20,000 nucleotides of DNA, taken from IMG/VR virus record IMGVR_UViG_3300031758_000043, positions 58,258-78,257 of that record, one strand, 5' to 3'. The position numbers were made by a program, and so were the translations under genes. Numbering within the stretch: the first letter of the stretch is position 1; the number at the start of each line of letters is the position of its first letter. Of the stretch, positions 16,157-20,000 are shown piece after piece. The notes beneath the pieces were generated by a model. It worked only from the letters and a program-made list of their open reading frames with translations. It was not told the origin of the DNA and ran no database searches. This DNA comes from an uncultured virus (IMG/VR IMGVR_UViG_3300031758_000043) (taxonomy: Duplodnaviria; Heunggongvirae; Uroviricota; Caudoviricetes).

Positions 16157-16811
16157 CGCTCAGTCTTTTATAAAGGAGAGTATTTCTTCGATATTATCGC
16201 AAAATATTTTAATTCAAGTTGTTGTGATAGACGACGGATCAATCGATAAAACAGTTTCTCAAATTCCTAAAAATTCAAACATCAATGTGATACGAAACCT
16301 CAAAAACATGGGAACGTATTATTCAATTAATCGAGCTCTAGTTTCCTCAGCTTCCGATCCTTCATGGACCCACTTTACCGTTCATGGAGCAGACGATGTT
16401 TCCCTTCCTGGAAGATTTAAAGCACAGCTTTCTAAATTTTCAAACGGAATCTTAGCAGTCGGCTGTGGTTACAATAGAGTTGACCACTCAACTGGGAAAG
16501 TAATGAGTACTACCTTGAAGACTGATGAATCAGTTCTAATTTTTTCAAGAAAGGTTTTTGAATCCATTGGATACTATGCGACTCACAGAGTAGGAAGCGA
16601 TACTGAATACAAGAAGCGCCTCTTACTATGTCATCCAAAATCCATTTCGACAGTTCCTAGGGTACTAATAAAATCCTATTTACATGGAGAAAACTTGACT
16701 AAAAAAATACCGCTCGGTGGATCAGTTAGAAAGAAGGTAGTAGAGTCATTTACCTCGAGTCACAGAGAAATGGTTAAAACTAAAAATTATTATCAGAAAT
16801 TCAATCCATGA
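16125..16811 (+). CDS. Glycosyltransferase family 2
   Basis: VIVPAYNA..FI.ESI.SILSQ, VIDDGS.D, N.GTYYSIN, HGADDVS. Confidence 0.9.
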   Translation: MKLLVIVPAYNAQSFIKESISSILSQNILIQVVVIDDGSIDKTVSQIPKNSNINVIRNLKNMGTYYSINRALVSSASDPSWTHFTVHGADDVSLPGRFKAQLSKFSNGILAVGCGYNRVDHSTGKVMSTTLKTDESVLIFSRKVFESIGYYATHRVGSDTEYKKRLLLCHPKSISTVPRVLIKSYLHGENLTKKIPLGGSVRKKVVESFTSSHREMVKTKNYYQKFNP

Positions 16812-17635
16812 AATTAGGAGTAGCATACATAGTGTTCGACGGGATAGAGCTTCTTGAACATTCAATAAGACAGATACGCCCTCACGTTGATCACATCAAC
16901 GTGATCTATCAAAATCATTCATGGTTTGGCACTCCCATCTCAAAGGAAGATTTAATCAAGCTCAAGTCTCTAACGTCGGCTCGACTTATAGATGAGCTCA
17001 CACTATTTAACGACTTTTCTCCCATTCGAGTCAAGAATCATCAGGGAATAATGAAGGCAAAGGGATACGAGCGAACCAAGCGACAGTTGGGTCTAAGTAT
17101 CACTCTTAATCGTGGGTGCACTCATTATCTTTGCATGGACGTTGATGAATTCTACAAGTCAGAAGAATTTGCTAAGGCTAAGTCTGAGATAATCAGCAAA
17201 GGATATGACCAGACCGCCGTTAGACTCATCAATTACGTCAACGTTCCTATCGTTCATCGAGGATATGATTCCATCAGGGTTCCTTTCATCTGTAGGATAG
17301 ACCGTTCGACTAAGATGACTCCTTCATTCTTCGTTAAGTGTGATCCTACTAGGGGACTTACTAGCGCAAGTAAGAATAAACATGAATTCGCTCCAAGCAT
17401 TATCACAATGCATCACATGGAAACAGTAAGAAAGAATCTGACCCTAAAGTATGACTCTACCACTCGAGCAGTATTTGCTCGCGCTAGAACTTCTGAGCTA
17501 GTTGATAGTATTAAGAATGTAAACGAGAAAAGTTCTAATTTCAGTTTTAAGAAGATAATATTTCCTGGACTGAATTCGATAAAACTGATTCAGTGTGAGA
17601 ACATATTTAATATACCTTATCAAAAATGGAAATAA
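16808..17635 (+). CDS. Putative GT-A fold glycosyltransferase
   Basis: FDG.ELL..SI..IR.HVD, E..KR, THYLCMDVDEFY (DxD), MHHM. Confidence 0.65.
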   Translation: MKLGVAYIVFDGIELLEHSIRQIRPHVDHINVIYQNHSWFGTPISKEDLIKLKSLTSARLIDELTLFNDFSPIRVKNHQGIMKAKGYERTKRQLGLSITLNRGCTHYLCMDVDEFYKSEEFAKAKSEIISKGYDQTAVRLINYVNVPIVHRGYDSIRVPFICRIDRSTKMTPSFFVKCDPTRGLTSASKNKHEFAPSIITMHHMETVRKNLTLKYDSTTRAVFARARTSELVDSIKNVNEKSSNFSFKKIIFPGLNSIKLIQCENIFNIPYQKWK

Positions 17636-17644
17636 TTTTAAGAA

Positions 17645-18328
17645 ATGTCTAAAATAGCTTTGGAATTTACAACAACTGCCTGTAATCGGCCTTCAGTATT
17701 AAACGCAACATATGCATCATATTGTAAGAATCTTACAGGCATAGACTTTTCAAAAAGCACAGTATATTTGTATGTTGATCCTGCGCCTGATTCTAAAAAT
17801 ATTCAAATGGTAGAGGAAGTTGCAAGGAAATATTTCGGCACAGTTATTGTTAATTATTCATCTTCTCCTAATTTTGCAGCAGCGGCTCTTTGGTGTTTTT
17901 CTCAAGTAAAGGGTGAATTTTTTTTTCATTTGGAAGACGATTGGAAACTTATGAAGGCTATTAACATCCATTCGATGATCTCAAAACTAGGAACATCTAA
18001 TTTACAGTGTGTATTAAATAAGGGAAGGACTTCAATTACAATAAAGGAGACTGGTGAACCATGTTTTGTTCCTTCTCTAATCGCAACGCAATATTGGAAA
18101 AAATATCTAACTAACTTTAGACTTGATATTAATCCTGAATATCAAATGAAAGTTCTTTTTAAAAATAAGTCGACTGGTTTATTTAAAAATCGCTCAATTT
18201 ATTATAATCCGGCTCAAGAGCTTTCAAAAGATATTGGTCGATCATGGTTAATGGCAAATAAACTAGCTAGAAGTTATACTCCGGGAGCAAAATGGTCTCC
18301 TTGGATAAAATGGAGAAATAAAAAATGA
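17645..18328 (+). CDS. Putative GT-A fold glycosyltransferase
   Basis: TTACNRP..L..T, FFFHLEDDW motif, DIGR; cluster context. Confidence 0.6.
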   Translation: MSKIALEFTTTACNRPSVLNATYASYCKNLTGIDFSKSTVYLYVDPAPDSKNIQMVEEVARKYFGTVIVNYSSSPNFAAAALWCFSQVKGEFFFHLEDDWKLMKAINIHSMISKLGTSNLQCVLNKGRTSITIKETGEPCFVPSLIATQYWKKYLTNFRLDINPEYQMKVLFKNKSTGLFKNRSIYYNPAQELSKDIGRSWLMANKLARSYTPGAKWSPWIKWRNKK

Positions 18329-19209
18329 AAACACTAATCATTGCTGAGATCGGAATTAATTATGCATATGGTGAGTCTCAATCTCTCTTTATGGATAATA
18401 TAAAGAGACTTATCGACGTAGCGAAAGTTTCTGGTGTAGATTACGTTAAGTTTCAAAAACGCAATCCTGAATCTTGCGTTCCTCAAAATGAGAGAGATAA
18501 ACCTAAAAGGGTTCCTTGGAGAAAAGAAGAGACTACCTATCTGCATTATAAAAAAGACATTGAGCTTTGGCAAAAGGAATTTGATGAGATCGACGATTAC
18601 TGTCGAGAAAAGGAGATAGGCTGGTTCGCGTCAGTCTGGGACAAGGATTCAGTGGATTTCATGAGAAGATACACAAGTCCTTTACCGAACGGCAAGTGGG
18701 GAATCATGCTTAAGATACCATCTGCGTTAATCACGGATCTTAGCCTAGTACAATACGCTAAAGAGTGTTCAGATTTTCTTCTCATCTCTACTGGCATGAG
18801 CAGGCAGAGTGAGATCGATCTTGCTATCGAGACAGGCGAGCCAGATGTAGTGTTCCATACAAATTCAACCTACCCTTCTCCAGTATCAGAGCTAAAATTA
18901 GATTACATACCATATCTCAATCACATCTCAATTGAATTTAAGAAGAAGTTTGAAGTAGGGTATTCCGGTCATGAGTTTGGGCTAAACACCACTCTTGCTG
19001 CTAATCTTTTGGGCGCAAGGTGGATTGAACGACACATAACATTAGACCGAACTCACTGGGGTAGCGATCAGATGGCCTCAGTTGAACCGCAAGGCTTGAT
19101 TAAATTGGTAAAGAGCATTAGAGACATTGAGCTCTCCAGGGGAGGATATGGCGCTAGAGAAGTCCTAGCCTCAGAAAAAGAAAAAAGAAAAACACTTAGA
19201 GGAAAATGA
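18325..19209 (+). CDS. neuB: N-acetylneuraminate/nonulosonate(-9-phosphate) synthase
   Basis: IIAEIGIN, VKFQKR, ASVWD, KIPSA, STGMS, STYP, GYSGHE, IERHITLDR, GSDQ; lacks C-terminal SAF domain. Confidence 0.92.
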   Translation: MKTLIIAEIGINYAYGESQSLFMDNIKRLIDVAKVSGVDYVKFQKRNPESCVPQNERDKPKRVPWRKEETTYLHYKKDIELWQKEFDEIDDYCREKEIGWFASVWDKDSVDFMRRYTSPLPNGKWGIMLKIPSALITDLSLVQYAKECSDFLLISTGMSRQSEIDLAIETGEPDVVFHTNSTYPSPVSELKLDYIPYLNHISIEFKKKFEVGYSGHEFGLNTTLAANLLGARWIERHITLDRTHWGSDQMASVEPQGLIKLVKSIRDIELSRGGYGAREVLASEKEKRKTLRGK

Positions 19210-19505
19210 AGATAACTCCAAAAAAGATCCTTCAGTTCTTTGAAGGCAACATCAAGATGTTGGGAGACATGTTTTATCTCCTACCTGAACATGAAAAAGA
19301 ACAAGTATTCTTTAGATCTCAGATCTGTAAGGAAGAGTGTGTGAAGCTAGGATATTGCGTTTACTGCGGTTGCGACGTCCCGGGAAAGCTGTATGTAAAA
19401 GAGTCTTGTAATGGAGGAGAAAGATTTCCTGATCTCATGTCAAAGAAGGACTGGGAAGAGTATAAAAAGGAAAATAACATTGAGGTAAATGATCTATTAC
19501 ATTGA
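19206..19505 (+). CDS. Cys-rich hypothetical protein (possible metal binding)
   Basis: RSQICKEECVKLGYCVYCGC...C; overlaps both neighbours. Confidence 0.75.
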   Translation: MKITPKKILQFFEGNIKMLGDMFYLLPEHEKEQVFFRSQICKEECVKLGYCVYCGCDVPGKLYVKESCNGGERFPDLMSKKDWEEYKKENNIEVNDLLH

Positions 19506-19788
19506 CATTGACGACACGATATGTACTCTATCTGAGTCCATGAACTATGGATCAGCTACACCCATTCCAAAAGCCATTGAGAAGGTGAATCGTCTCTATG
19601 AAGAAGGCCATCGCATCGTCTTCTGGACTGCTAGAGGGACTGTTAGTGGCAAGGATTGGAGACAGTTAACTGAGAGTCAACTCATCTCTTGGGAAGTAAA
19701 ATATCATGAGCTCAAATTCGGTAAACCTGCATACGATTTCTTCATAGACGATAAAAACATCAATTCGAATGATTGGCTCAGCAAGTAA
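19489..19788 (+). CDS. Minimal HAD-superfamily phosphatase
   Basis: DIDDT (motif I), WTARG (II), GKP (III), IDDK (IV). Confidence 0.85.
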   Translation: MIYYIDIDDTICTLSESMNYGSATPIPKAIEKVNRLYEEGHRIVFWTARGTVSGKDWRQLTESQLISWEVKYHELKFGKPAYDFFIDDKNINSNDWLSK

Positions 19789-20000
19789 CGTAAAGGTACT
19801 TGTCCTAGGCAACGATCCTCAGATCAACACCATTGATTTTGACAGATTGAAGCCTGAAGTGATCACACTGGGCGTGAATAGGATCTGGTTGAAACACATA
19901 CCTGACTATCTTTTTTTCAATGATATTCAGATCTTGACTGAGATTGAAAGACATCCTGAAATAATGGCTCAACTTCAATCTAATACTAAGTGTTTTTCTA
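19769..20000 (+). CDS. Second Maf/DUF115-like transferase, 3' truncated; not in ORF track
   Basis: MIGSASNVKVLVLGNDPQI...VITLGVNRIWLKHIPDYLFFND..., same GN..S/P, GVN, P.Y....D pattern as 9169..9783; open to window end. Confidence 0.7.
   Translation, partial: MIGSASNVKVLVLGNDPQINTIDFDRLKPEVITLGVNRIWLKHIPDYLFFNDIQILTEIERHPEIMAQLQSNTKCFS

Noticed and set aside
12185..18797. ORFs 12185..12598, 12577..12786, 12776..13084, 12817..13059, 15375..15572, 18334..18573, 18597..18797
   Set aside because: Shadow ORFs overlapping well-supported enzyme genes
1..20000. Stop-codon reassignment as in some large phages
   Set aside because: Genes are full length in the standard code and TAA, TAG and TGA all occur as real stops
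9169..20000. Bacterial capsule/O-antigen locus (prophage boundary)
   Set aside because: No integrase, att site, transport or polymerase genes seen, and gene packing resembles the phage part; not fully excluded without flanking sequence

Overview
Fragment of a large T4-like (jumbo-type) tailed phage genome, probably infecting Bacteroidota (inferred). The plus strand begins with type II topoisomerase subunits (gp39/60-like C-terminus and gp52) and small hypothetical genes. These end in a DIP1984/septicolysin-like gene, a ~195-nt putative structured RNA carrying 7-nt repeats, and a strong hairpin terminator. A minus-strand head module follows: DnaJ, a gp21 prohead protease fused to a scaffold with 14-aa repeats, a gp23 major capsid protein, a ferritin/Dps-like protein and an acidic protein. 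ATAAATA late-promoter-like motifs occur in this module, one inside the protease gene ahead of a likely nested scaffold start. The right 11 kb is a tightly coupled 14-gene glycan cluster: NeuB, NeuA and a HAD phosphatase (nonulosonic acid synthesis), two Maf/DUF115-like transferases, four other GT-like genes, an LpxD-like acyltransferase, an AsnB-like amidotransferase, a PIG-L deacetylase, a sulfotransferase and a Cys-rich hypothetical. All family calls come from motif recognition by eye; no searches were run.
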